Shown piece by piece: positions 18,514 to 26,877 of a stretch of DNA of 37,318 nucleotides. Each line of letters begins with the position of its first letter. Position 1 is the stretch's first letter. Location of the stretch: contig MVRS01000239.1 in NCBI GenBank assembly GCA_002067975.1, forward strand, positions 1 through 37,318, given 5' to 3'. A model generated the notes under the pieces. It was not told the DNA's origin and searched no databases. It saw nothing but the letters and a program-made list of their open reading frames with translations. The stretch is from Syntrophorhabdus sp. PtaU1.Bin058 (GTDB lineage: Bacteria; Desulfobacterota; Syntrophorhabdia; Syntrophorhabdales; Syntrophorhabdaceae). Both the position numbers and the translations under genes were made by a program.

Positions 18514-19956
18514 ATGAGAACTTTACACAGACTGATTACCGCAGGAACAGCGGTTGCAGCGGTCCTGGTCTTGACCTCTGCCTGTGCGGTGGGTCCTGAC
18601 TACGTGAGGCCCGCGGTTCCTGTGCCGGAGTCCTATAAGGAGAGCAAAGGCTGGAAGGTCGCGGAGCCGAGGGAAGACAGGTTTCACGGCCCCTGGTGGG
18701 AGATCTATAACGATCCCCGGTTGAACAGGCTTGAAGAACAGGTCAATATCTCGAACCAGAACATCGCCGTTGCGGAGGCGCAGTTCCGTCAGGCAAGCGC
18801 CCTCGTTCAGGCCGCCACGTCGGGTTTTTTTCCTACCATCACGGTAAACCCTGCCGCAACGCGCTCCTTACGGTCGTCGAATGCCGCCCAAGCCGGCACG
18901 CCGCCCGGTACGAACACCACCTATACTGCGCCCCTCAACATGTCGTCATGGGAGCTGGATATCTGGGGCCGTATACGCCGTTCCGCAGAGGCGGCCCGCG
19001 CAAGCGCCCAGGCGAGCGCAGCAGACCTCGAAGGCGTCCGGCTCAGCGTTCAGGCCGCTCTTGCTCAAAACTATTTTCTCGTATGCGCACTGGACAGGCA
19101 AAAGCAGCTTCTCGATGCAACGGTAAAGGCCTACGAGAGATCGCTCGAATTAACTAAGAACCAATATGCAAGCGGCGTCGCCTCCAGGGCGGATGTCCTC
19201 CAGGCGGAAACCCAGCTCAAGGCAACGCAGGCCCAGGCAATCGACGTAGGCGTTCAGCGCGCCCAGACGGAGCACGCCATCGCCCTGCTTGTGGGAAAAC
19301 CTGCCTCCGATTTTTCCATCCCCGTTACACCCCTCGACGCGGTCCCGCCTCCCATACCGGGCGGAGTACCATCGGAACTCCTCGAGCGCAGGCCCGATAT
19401 AGCTGCGGCTGAACGGCGGGTTGCCGCTGCAAACGCCCAGATCGGAGTGGCCAGGGCCGCCTATTTCCCGACCGTCACGCTGACCGGATCGATGGGTTAT
19501 CAGAGCACGGAAACGTTCAATTGGTTTTCCTGGCCAAGCCGTTTCTGGTCCGTCGGGCCTGCAATCTCTGAGACCATATTTGACGGGGGTCTGAAAAGGG
19601 CGCTGAATGATCAGGCCCGTGCGGTTTACGATGCGAACGTGGCGTCTTACCGTCAAACCGTGCTCACCGGATTCCAGGAGGTGGAGGACAATCTGTCTGC
19701 CCTCCGCATCCTCGAACAGGAGATGCTGGCGCAGGATGAGGCGGTGAAGGCGGCCCGGAGGTCCGTGGAGATTGTTCTAAACCAGTATAAACAGGGTACT
19801 GCAAGCTATGTCGCGGTTAACGTGGCGCAGACAAATGCACTGAACAGCGAAAGGACGGCGCTTAATATCCTCGCCCGCCGGATGACCGCCAGCGTTCTCC
19901 TCATCAAGGCCCTTGGCGGAGGGTGGGAAAAAAACAGTGAAAAAGAAAAACAATAG
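18514..19956 (+). CDS. Efflux outer membrane factor lipoprotein (NodT/OprM family)
   Basis: 480 aa. Lipoprotein signal ...LVLTSAC, GPDYVRP motif after the lipid-modified Cys, and two OEP repeats. Confidence 0.9.
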   Translation: MRTLHRLITAGTAVAAVLVLTSACAVGPDYVRPAVPVPESYKESKGWKVAEPREDRFHGPWWEIYNDPRLNRLEEQVNISNQNIAVAEAQFRQASALVQAATSGFFPTITVNPAATRSLRSSNAAQAGTPPGTNTTYTAPLNMSSWELDIWGRIRRSAEAARASAQASAADLEGVRLSVQAALAQNYFLVCALDRQKQLLDATVKAYERSLELTKNQYASGVASRADVLQAETQLKATQAQAIDVGVQRAQTEHAIALLVGKPASDFSIPVTPLDAVPPPIPGGVPSELLERRPDIAAAERRVAAANAQIGVARAAYFPTVTLTGSMGYQSTETFNWFSWPSRFWSVGPAISETIFDGGLKRALNDQARAVYDANVASYRQTVLTGFQEVEDNLSALRILEQEMLAQDEAVKAARRSVEIVLNQYKQGTASYVAVNVAQTNALNSERTALNILARRMTASVLLIKALGGGWEKNSEKEKQ

Positions 19957-19978
19957 CGGAGGGTAAGGCGATTCCCAA

Positions 19979-20025
19979 TTGACGTTTGCCCGTTTTTTTG
20001 CTAATCTATGTTGAACAAGTGTTCA
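19979..20025 (+). promoter_or_regulatory. Sigma70-type promoter TTGACG-17-(TGc)TAATCT (19979-20007) with a perfect inverted repeat TGAACA-ag-TGTTCA (20012-20025) over the predicted transcription start. Candidate autoregulatory operator of the downstream TetR.
   Basis: Read directly. 17-bp spacer. The palindrome lies between the -10 and the ATG at 20029. Confidence 0.4.
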
Positions 20026-20028
20026 GGA

Positions 20029-20646
20029 ATGAGCAGACAACCATCACCATCGGTGCGAAGGAAGATTCTTTCGGCAGCCCGCCGGATATTCGGCGACAAG
20101 GGCTATAAGGAGGCAACCATAAGGGAGATAGCCAAGCTCGCGGGTGTGAGCGTCGGGGGCCTTTACCCCTATTTTGGGAATAAGGAACAGCTCTATGTGG
20201 AGGCCCTGGAGGAGGGGGCAAGGATGTATAAAGAAGGTCTCCTCGGGTTGGAAAATGAGGATCCGGAGGTTGCGGTCAGGCGCTACATCGAAAATCATCT
20301 CGAATATACGGCTTCGAGGAGGCAGATCGTTTCACGCCACTTCAAGGACTACGACCTTGAATTCGTTAAGCCCTTCAGAACTCAGTTTTTCACATATCAA
20401 AAAGGGCTTCTGGGGGCAATTATCCGCAAGGGTTCGGAGCAAAGGATATTTTCTGTCGTCAATTACGGGGATGCGGCCCTCTTCATCCTCTGTGTACTGA
20501 AAGGCGCTATCTTTAACGACCTTGCGGGCACAATAGACCTCGGCAAATCGGGAGATGCGCTGTGTCGTCTGGTCTTAAGGTTCCTGAAACAGGAGAAAAC
20601 AACCGAAGACCTGACTGTTGTGCATCAGAAAAAAAACCGCTCCTGA
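20029..20646 (+). CDS. TetR/AcrR family transcriptional regulator
   Basis: MSRQPSPSVRRKILSAARRIFGDKGYKEATIREIAKLAGVSVGGLYPYFGNKEQL gives a TetR HTH. The ORF track start at 20008 abuts the -10; the ATG at 20029 is preferred. Confidence 0.8.
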   Translation: MSRQPSPSVRRKILSAARRIFGDKGYKEATIREIAKLAGVSVGGLYPYFGNKEQLYVEALEEGARMYKEGLLGLENEDPEVAVRRYIENHLEYTASRRQIVSRHFKDYDLEFVKPFRTQFFTYQKGLLGAIIRKGSEQRIFSVVNYGDAALFILCVLKGAIFNDLAGTIDLGKSGDALCRLVLRFLKQEKTTEDLTVVHQKKNRS

Positions 20647-20711
20647 TGGAAATCTCTATGGTGGGACGGGTATTGAACCCCTCAAGGAAGGGAAGACAGA
20701 ATTATGCGGCA

Positions 20712-22073
20712 ATGAAGGCGGCGAGGAAGTTTGCAGGACATAATAACCGGTTCCCTTCACCGGTGCGGACAATTGTGTGTAAGTGTCTCTTCATCGTGGC
20801 GGCCATAATCTCTTGTCTGGCGCCTGTAGCCGCCTGGGCGGAACCCCTTACCCTTGCTGATGGATTAAAGATAGTGACAGAGGAAAACCGTCTGGTCAGG
20901 ATCAGACAGCAGGAAGAGAAGATGTCCCATGCCGATACCCTCGTTGCCCGGTCGAGACTCCTTCCCAGGGTCAGTGCCTCCTACGGACAGACCTTCCTTG
21001 AACACCAGCCCGGGGTAATATTCGATTCTGCGGCTGCGCCGACTGCCGAAAAGAGCTACTACACCTATCAGCTTATGATCCAGCAGATCCTCTACGATTT
21101 CGGTGCTGCCGGCTCCCTTTACCAGGCAGCTAAATTGACGGAGGATACAAAACGGCTCGAAGCAAAGCGAACGAGGAATGCCGTTGCCCTGGATTTTTCC
21201 GTTCTCTATTTCGATGCTCTCGAGTCGGAGAAGCTGATAATCGTCGCTGAAACAGAGGTAGGAAGCCTTGAATCGCACGTCCAGGTTGCAACAAACCTCT
21301 ACCATAACGGGTTAATAACCAAGAACGACCTCCTCCAGGCCACGGTAAGACTTGCCGATGCGCGGCAGAAGCTCCTCACCGCGCAAAACATAAGAAAGAT
21401 AAACGGAGCGAGGCTGAACAACATGCTCACCCGGCCGCTTTCCATCCCCATCGAGGTGGTTGAAGTGACGAGGCCGTATCCGGACATGCTGCCCTACGAA
21501 GAAGCTGCCGATATCGCGGAAAAAGAACGGCCCGAACTGCAGATAGCCGATGCCACGCTGCAAGCACTTAAGTATGAGGAAACGGCCAAGAAGTCAGAGT
21601 ATCTGCCGAAGTTCCTCATACAGGGTCAGTACGACTATACGAAAAACAAATACCTGACCTACGAGGACAATACAGGGCTCAGCGTTTTGATGAATCTCAA
21701 TCTCTTTAACGGTGGGAGCACAAAGGCCGAGGTACAAAAAGTGCAGACTGCCCAGTCGAGGCTCCGCATTGAGCGGAAGAAGCTGTCGGACGAAATAGGA
21801 CTTGAGCTGGAAAAGTATTACCTTGATACGGTGAATGCGCGCGAAAGGATCCGCGTGGCGAAGGGAGCGATTTCCCAGGCAGAAGAGAATCTGAAGATTA
21901 CGAGGCTTAAATATGCGGAAGGGGTCGGCATCGCGACGGATGTCACCGATGCGATTGCCCTTCGCACGCTTTCTGAGACGAACTATTACCGCGCCCTTTA
22001 CGACTACTATCGTTCCGAGGCAGGCTACCTCTATGCTATGGGCAAAAACCTGAAGGAAAAATATGGGAGATGA
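20712..22073 (+). CDS. TolC-family outer membrane efflux protein
   Basis: Start at ATG 20712 gives signal peptide MKAARKF...CLAPVAAWA|EP. Two OEP repeats. The ORF track N-terminal extension to 20562 overlaps the TetR gene. Confidence 0.8.
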   Translation: MKAARKFAGHNNRFPSPVRTIVCKCLFIVAAIISCLAPVAAWAEPLTLADGLKIVTEENRLVRIRQQEEKMSHADTLVARSRLLPRVSASYGQTFLEHQPGVIFDSAAAPTAEKSYYTYQLMIQQILYDFGAAGSLYQAAKLTEDTKRLEAKRTRNAVALDFSVLYFDALESEKLIIVAETEVGSLESHVQVATNLYHNGLITKNDLLQATVRLADARQKLLTAQNIRKINGARLNNMLTRPLSIPIEVVEVTRPYPDMLPYEEAADIAEKERPELQIADATLQALKYEETAKKSEYLPKFLIQGQYDYTKNKYLTYEDNTGLSVLMNLNLFNGGSTKAEVQKVQTAQSRLRIERKKLSDEIGLELEKYYLDTVNARERIRVAKGAISQAEENLKITRLKYAEGVGIATDVTDAIALRTLSETNYYRALYDYYRSEAGYLYAMGKNLKEKYGR

Positions 22074-22110
22074 AGACGGGGAAGGCAATGTACATATCGA
22101 GGAGAAGTAC

Positions 22111-23169
22111 ATGAAGAGGCAGATGAATAAATGGGCCCTCAGAGGAGTGGTGTCGCTGATGATCGTGGGAGGGCTTATCTACGGGGCTTTTTACCTCGCT
22201 TACTCCCTTTCCCACGAAAGTACGGACGATGCGTACATCACCGGCGTGATCGTGCCGGTGGCGGCCGAGATCAAAGGGAGGGTGGTCAACGTCTACGTCA
22301 GAGATAACCAGTACGTTTCAGCCGGCAACCCTCTGCTCGATATCTTCCCCCAGGACTACTCGGACGCGCTCAAAGAGCGAAGCCAGACAGTTGCCACATT
22401 GACCGCGGAAAGACTTGAATTGGAGGCATCCCTTATGCAAAAGCAAAAGGCCCTCGCCCGGGCGCGGGCAAACCTTGCGGCAGCCACGGCGGAGGAGGCC
22501 CTCGCGGAAAAGGAACTGAAGCGATACAATCGACTCGTTCGGGAGGAAGCAGCCTCACAAAGCCAGTATGATCACGTAGAATCCCGCTCGAAGGTAGCCG
22601 GCGCCCGGACAAAGGCTGCCGAGGCAGCCCTGGCCGAAGCCGAGGGGGCCATCGAGGTCGCCAGGGCCAAGCTGAACACCCAGCATTTCAAGATCAAGGA
22701 AGCGGAAGCGGCCCATAGCCTCGCCGAACTGAACCTCAAGAGGACGACCCTCGTTGCCCCTGTCTCCGGAAGAATCGCCAAGAAGAATGTTGATCCGGGG
22801 AAGTATATACAGCCCGGGCAGGCCCTCCTCTCCATCGTGAAGGAGAGTACATGGGTGATCGCCAATTTCAAGGAGACACAGGTGGGGAAAATGGCCGTGG
22901 GACAGCCGGTGGACGTAAAAATCGACGCCTATCCCGGCATCATCTTTAAGGGCCACGTAGACAGTCTCCAGGCCGGAACCGGGGCGGTTTTCAGCTTACT
23001 TCCCCCTGAGAATGCAACGGGCAATTTCGTCAAAGTCGTCCAGCGTCTTCCCGTGAAGATCGTCATAGACTCCACTTTTGATCCTGTACATCCCTTATGG
23101 CCCGGACTGTCCGTCATCCCCACCGTGGACGTAAGCCGGCAAACAGGTTCCAAGTTGTCCGGGCGGTAG
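22111..23169 (+). CDS. emrA: HlyD/EmrA-family membrane fusion protein
   Basis: Start at ATG 22111 (GAGGAG RBS): MKRQMNKWALRGVVSLMIVGG, single TM, then HESTDDAYITG...V motif and a long coiled-coil. Typical EmrA. Confidence 0.85.
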   Translation: MKRQMNKWALRGVVSLMIVGGLIYGAFYLAYSLSHESTDDAYITGVIVPVAAEIKGRVVNVYVRDNQYVSAGNPLLDIFPQDYSDALKERSQTVATLTAERLELEASLMQKQKALARARANLAAATAEEALAEKELKRYNRLVREEAASQSQYDHVESRSKVAGARTKAAEAALAEAEGAIEVARAKLNTQHFKIKEAEAAHSLAELNLKRTTLVAPVSGRIAKKNVDPGKYIQPGQALLSIVKESTWVIANFKETQVGKMAVGQPVDVKIDAYPGIIFKGHVDSLQAGTGAVFSLLPPENATGNFVKVVQRLPVKIVIDSTFDPVHPLWPGLSVIPTVDVSRQTGSKLSGR

Positions 23170-23173
23170 TCCC

Positions 23174-24733
23174 GTGGAGAGCTACAAACCTCACAAATGG
23201 CTCGTTGCGGTCACGGTAATGACCGGAACCCTGATGGCCGCTTTAGATACCAGCATAGTAAACGTCGCACTGCCCCACATGAGCGGGACGTTCGGGGCAT
23301 CCATCGAGGAAATCACCTGGGTTTCGACAGGCTATATGCTCTCCCAGGTCATCATTATGCCTATTATCGCGCTCCTGAGTTCCCGGTTCGGACGCAAACG
23401 GTTTTATATCTTTTCAGTAGCCCTCTTTACGTGTTTTTCCATGCTTTGCGGGGTTGCCTGGGACCTGTCGTCAATGGTCATTTTCCGTATCGTTCAGGGT
23501 TTCGGAGGCGGTACACTCATACCCTTGTCGCAGGCGATCTTGCGGGAGACCTTCCCCAAGGAGGAACAGGCAACGGCAATGAGCCTCTATGGTCTCGGTG
23601 TTATCCTGGGGCCGGCTTTCGGACCAACCCTTGGCGGGTGGCTCACCGACAACTACTCCTGGCCATGGATCTTCTATATCAACGTTCCCGTGGGTATCAT
23701 CAATATCCTCCTGATCATGCGTTTTATCGATGATCCGCCATACCTCGTCAGGGAAAAAGGAAAGCTCGATTTCACCGGGCTATTCCTCATGTCGGTCGGG
23801 ATCGGGGCCCTGCAGATCATGCTGGAGAAGGGCGAACAGAAGGATTGGTTCGCATCGAATATGATAAAGTACCTTGCCGTTGCTGCATTCATAGGCATTG
23901 TATTGTTTACGATACGCGAACTTACCACCGACAGGCCCGCGGTCAATCTGCGGATCCTGAAGGATATCAATTTCAGCCTGGGAAGTTGCCTCGGCGGTGT
24001 TCTGGGAATGGGTCTTTTTTCCAGCATCTTTATCCTGCCCCTCTTCCTGCAGCAGCTTCTCGGCTACCCTGCTTACGATTCGGGGCTGGCGCTTATACCA
24101 AGGAGTATCGCAATGGCAATAGCGATGCCTATCGGGGGAAAGACATACAACAAGGCAGGGCCGCAGGCATTGATAGCGCTCGGGCTTTTCGTGAATGCCG
24201 TTTCGTTTTACCTGCTTTCGCGTCTCTCTCTTACTGTGGGGTACTGGGACATATTCTTTCCCCAGTTTTTGCAGGGTCTGGGTTTTGGCTTCATTTTCGT
24301 TTCCCTGAGCACTGCCGTGTTGTCGACGATAGAAAAATCCCTCTTGACTGCCGCCTCCGGGCTATATAATGTAATCAGGCAGATATTCGGGAGTGTCGGC
24401 ATTGCCTTAGCCGCCACGTTTCTGACACGCGGAGAAAACCTGTACCGGGCGCTGCTTGTAGAACATGTAACCATCTTCAGGGATGTCGTGCCCGAATCGT
24501 TGCATCGGCTTTTGTCGTTGTTGTCGTCTCAAGGGGCAAACGTGAGCGGCACCGACCTTGAGGCCCTGAAGTTTCTGGAAAGGATGGTCATGAAGCAGGC
24601 AAGTATGCTTGCCTATAATCATGTCTTCTTTCTCATCGCCGCCCTTTTCCTTCTCTCGGTGCCCCTTGCCTTCTTAGTCAGGGACCCGCAACGAGGCAAA
24701 GGCGCGGAGGTCATGAGAGAGGAATACGATTGA
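23174..24733 (+). CDS. emrB: MFS drug:H+ antiporter, DHA2 (14-TMS) EmrB/QacA family
   Basis: 519 aa. GTG start. LMAALDTSIVNVALPHM and multiple MFS motifs. Follows emrA-like and tolC-like genes. Confidence 0.9.
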   Translation: MESYKPHKWLVAVTVMTGTLMAALDTSIVNVALPHMSGTFGASIEEITWVSTGYMLSQVIIMPIIALLSSRFGRKRFYIFSVALFTCFSMLCGVAWDLSSMVIFRIVQGFGGGTLIPLSQAILRETFPKEEQATAMSLYGLGVILGPAFGPTLGGWLTDNYSWPWIFYINVPVGIINILLIMRFIDDPPYLVREKGKLDFTGLFLMSVGIGALQIMLEKGEQKDWFASNMIKYLAVAAFIGIVLFTIRELTTDRPAVNLRILKDINFSLGSCLGGVLGMGLFSSIFILPLFLQQLLGYPAYDSGLALIPRSIAMAIAMPIGGKTYNKAGPQALIALGLFVNAVSFYLLSRLSLTVGYWDIFFPQFLQGLGFGFIFVSLSTAVLSTIEKSLLTAASGLYNVIRQIFGSVGIALAATFLTRGENLYRALLVEHVTIFRDVVPESLHRLLSLLSSQGANVSGTDLEALKFLERMVMKQASMLAYNHVFFLIAALFLLSVPLAFLVRDPQRGKGAEVMREEYD

Positions 24734-24746
24734 GGAGGAACCCCGC

Positions 24747-25376
24747 ATGAATAAGTATGCAGCCATAACCGTATCGAGACAGATGGGGAGCGGTGGCACA
24801 TATATCGGCTACCAGGTGGCGAAGGCGCTTGGCTTTTCATACGTAGACAGGCAAATCCTCCGCCGGGCGGCAAGTCTTCTCAACAGGGATGAGGTGTCCC
24901 TGGAAGAATACGAGGAAAAATCGTCCGGCCTTATCCAGAACCTCCTGAGGACATTTCTCCTGGGGACCCCGGAAACCGCCTATATACCAAAAGAGCGGCC
25001 GATCTACGACAAGGATCTGTTCCTTCTTGAAAGCAAGATCATAAACGAGATTGTGGATAAGCATAACGCCGTCATCATGGGTCGTTGTGGGTTCTGCCTG
25101 TTGAAAGACCGCCCGAAAACGGTACATCTGTTCATCTACGCCCCTCGCGATTATCGAACAGAGCGGATCATGAAGGCCGACAGTACCGCCGATCCGCGGG
25201 AGGCACAAGCCAGGATAGATGAGTCGGACCGGAGAAGGACCAAATTCATCAGGGATATGGTCGGAACAGAATGGACAGATGCACGGAATTATCATCTCTG
25301 TGTCGACTCGAGCACTGTCGGCCTTTCCGAAAGTGTACAGATGGTCATCGGCTTTGTAAAAAAGGCTCTGGGCTGA
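24747..25376 (+). CDS. Cytidylate-kinase-like family P-loop protein (Cytidylate_kin2-type), function unknown
   Basis: 209 aa. N-terminal AITVSRQMGSGGTYIG P-loop-like motif characteristic of the family. 13 bp after the emrB stop. Confidence 0.6.
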   Translation: MNKYAAITVSRQMGSGGTYIGYQVAKALGFSYVDRQILRRAASLLNRDEVSLEEYEEKSSGLIQNLLRTFLLGTPETAYIPKERPIYDKDLFLLESKIINEIVDKHNAVIMGRCGFCLLKDRPKTVHLFIYAPRDYRTERIMKADSTADPREAQARIDESDRRRTKFIRDMVGTEWTDARNYHLCVDSSTVGLSESVQMVIGFVKKALG

Positions 25377-25410
25377 AATTCAGTTGATGATATTCCTTCT
25401 CCCTGCGCCA

Positions 25411-25460
25411 GGCTCCTTCATTCCAGTCGAATGTAGGTTGCCCTGAATCTGCGCAAATGA
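25411..25460 (-). pseudogene. Remnant of the 3' end of a paralog of the methyltransferase gene at 30951..31616
   Basis: About 80% nt identity over 49 bp to 30942-30990. In the same frame it encodes ...LRRFRATYIRLE* versus the intact gene tail ...VRRFRAAYIRPK*. Similarity continues past the stop (tgaAGGAGCCtgg versus taaAGGAGCCgga). There is an in-frame stop a few codons upstream, so no intact ORF. Confidence 0.5.
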
Positions 25461-25505
25461 TACCTCTTGCCGACCGTTCAAAGGATAGAACTCCACCGGA
25501 AAGCA

Positions 25506-26309
25506 TTATCTCGATAGCCGGAGGATCCTGAAGGCGCCCCTGCCCACAAGTATGAACACGATCGTCCCTACGATCAGGTCAGGCATCTTCGATCCTGTGA
25601 GGTACACGCATATGCCTGCAACAATAACGCCGAAGTTCACGATGACGTCCATGGACGTAAAGATCATGCTCGCCTGCATATGCACCTCCCGGCTTTTCGA
25701 CCTCTGAAGCAGATAGAGGCACGTTGCATTCCCTGCAAGGGCGAGGGTAGATATAACGATCATCGTGTAAAAATCCGGGGTCTCTCCATATCCCAGAAAG
25801 CGGCGGATAACCTCCGCGAAACCCAGTACTGCCAGGGCCAGTTGGAAATAACCTGCGGCCCCGGCGATCTTCTTCTTCCGGACGGCAGTCCCGCCCACCG
25901 CGAACAACGAAAGCCCATAGACGATGCTGTCCGCCAGCATATCCAGACTGTCCGCCACAAGCCCCATTGAGCCGGCGATGAATCCCGCCAGCATTTCAAG
26001 GACAAAAAAGAAGAGATTGATTGCGAGGACCTGCCACAGGATACGCCTCTGTTGGCGGCTGTCCTCCTCTGTACCCACCGGCTCTATCTCTTCGGTAAAG
26101 ATGAGTTCCGTATCGAGCCGAAGGTCCTCAAGGGCCGTCAATATCCTCTCGTAACCGCCTGCGTGATACACCTCCAGCCTGCGTCCCGGTATGTCGAATT
26201 TCAGGTTCCGGATATCATCCACACCCTCCAATCTCACCCGTACCATCTGTTCTTCCGAAGGACAATCCATCTTCGATATTCTGAATGTCGTTTTGAACAT
26301 ACTCTTCAC
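25506..26309 (-). CDS. CDF-type cation efflux transporter (TM domain only) fused to an N-terminal HMA-like domain with a degenerate metal-binding motif
   Basis: 267 aa. N-terminal ferredoxin-like HMA fold with MDCPSEE (one Cys where MxCxxC is usual), then about 6 TM helices with CDF signature LVADSLDMLADS in TM2. No C-terminal cytoplasmic CDF domain. Confidence 0.55.
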   Translation of the reverse strand: MKSMFKTTFRISKMDCPSEEQMVRVRLEGVDDIRNLKFDIPGRRLEVYHAGGYERILTALEDLRLDTELIFTEEIEPVGTEEDSRQQRRILWQVLAINLFFFVLEMLAGFIAGSMGLVADSLDMLADSIVYGLSLFAVGGTAVRKKKIAGAAGYFQLALAVLGFAEVIRRFLGYGETPDFYTMIVISTLALAGNATCLYLLQRSKSREVHMQASMIFTSMDVIVNFGVIVAGICVYLTGSKMPDLIVGTIVFILVGRGAFRILRLSR

Positions 26310-26343
26310 GGGGTCGTCCTTTCAGGCCGATGCCGATCCCTGA

Positions 26344-26802
26344 TTATACACCATGATCCGGTGAATAAGGGTTCTCCTCTTCAAATTCAAACAACTCGAA
26401 GCCGACTCCTCCCGGGCCCGTAAAGAAGGCCAGCCGGAGCAGGCCCAATTCGGTGTGCATAAAACCGGTCTCGGGAAATGGCTCGGAGACGGTGTATCCA
26501 CATGACTGAAGTTTCTGCCGCCAGGCAGGTATATCCGTCACCCTCAGACATATATGAGGGATCCCAACCACGTGGCCCGCGGGATGAACGGGGAAATCGG
26601 GGCGCGGCGTGACGTTCGGTTCCGTGAGCAGTTCCAGCATCTGTTGGTCGCCGATATGGATGATCGCCCGCTCCCCCGGCCCGATGCTGCCGCGCGGATT
26701 GCGTGTCAACAGACGAAATCCCATGACATCAATGTAAAAAGAGATCGCCTCGTCCATGTTATCGACCCATATGCCCACGTGATGGATATTGATACACTTC
26801 AT
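26344..26802 (-). CDS. VOC (glyoxalase/bleomycin-resistance/dioxygenase) family protein
   Basis: 152 aa with INIHHVGIWVDNMDEAISFYIDVMGFRL, a typical glyoxalase I-like N-terminal beta-alpha-beta-beta-beta module. Confidence 0.8.
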   Translation of the reverse strand: MKCINIHHVGIWVDNMDEAISFYIDVMGFRLLTRNPRGSIGPGERAIIHIGDQQMLELLTEPNVTPRPDFPVHPAGHVVGIPHICLRVTDIPAWRQKLQSCGYTVSEPFPETGFMHTELGLLRLAFFTGPGGVGFELFEFEEENPYSPDHGV

Positions 26803-26877
26803 TTCGACCCCCTTTTCTCAATCGTCCCCTGGAGGAGCTCTCCGGGGCATGCCCGAGCCGGGCCACCCCCTCCTTTT

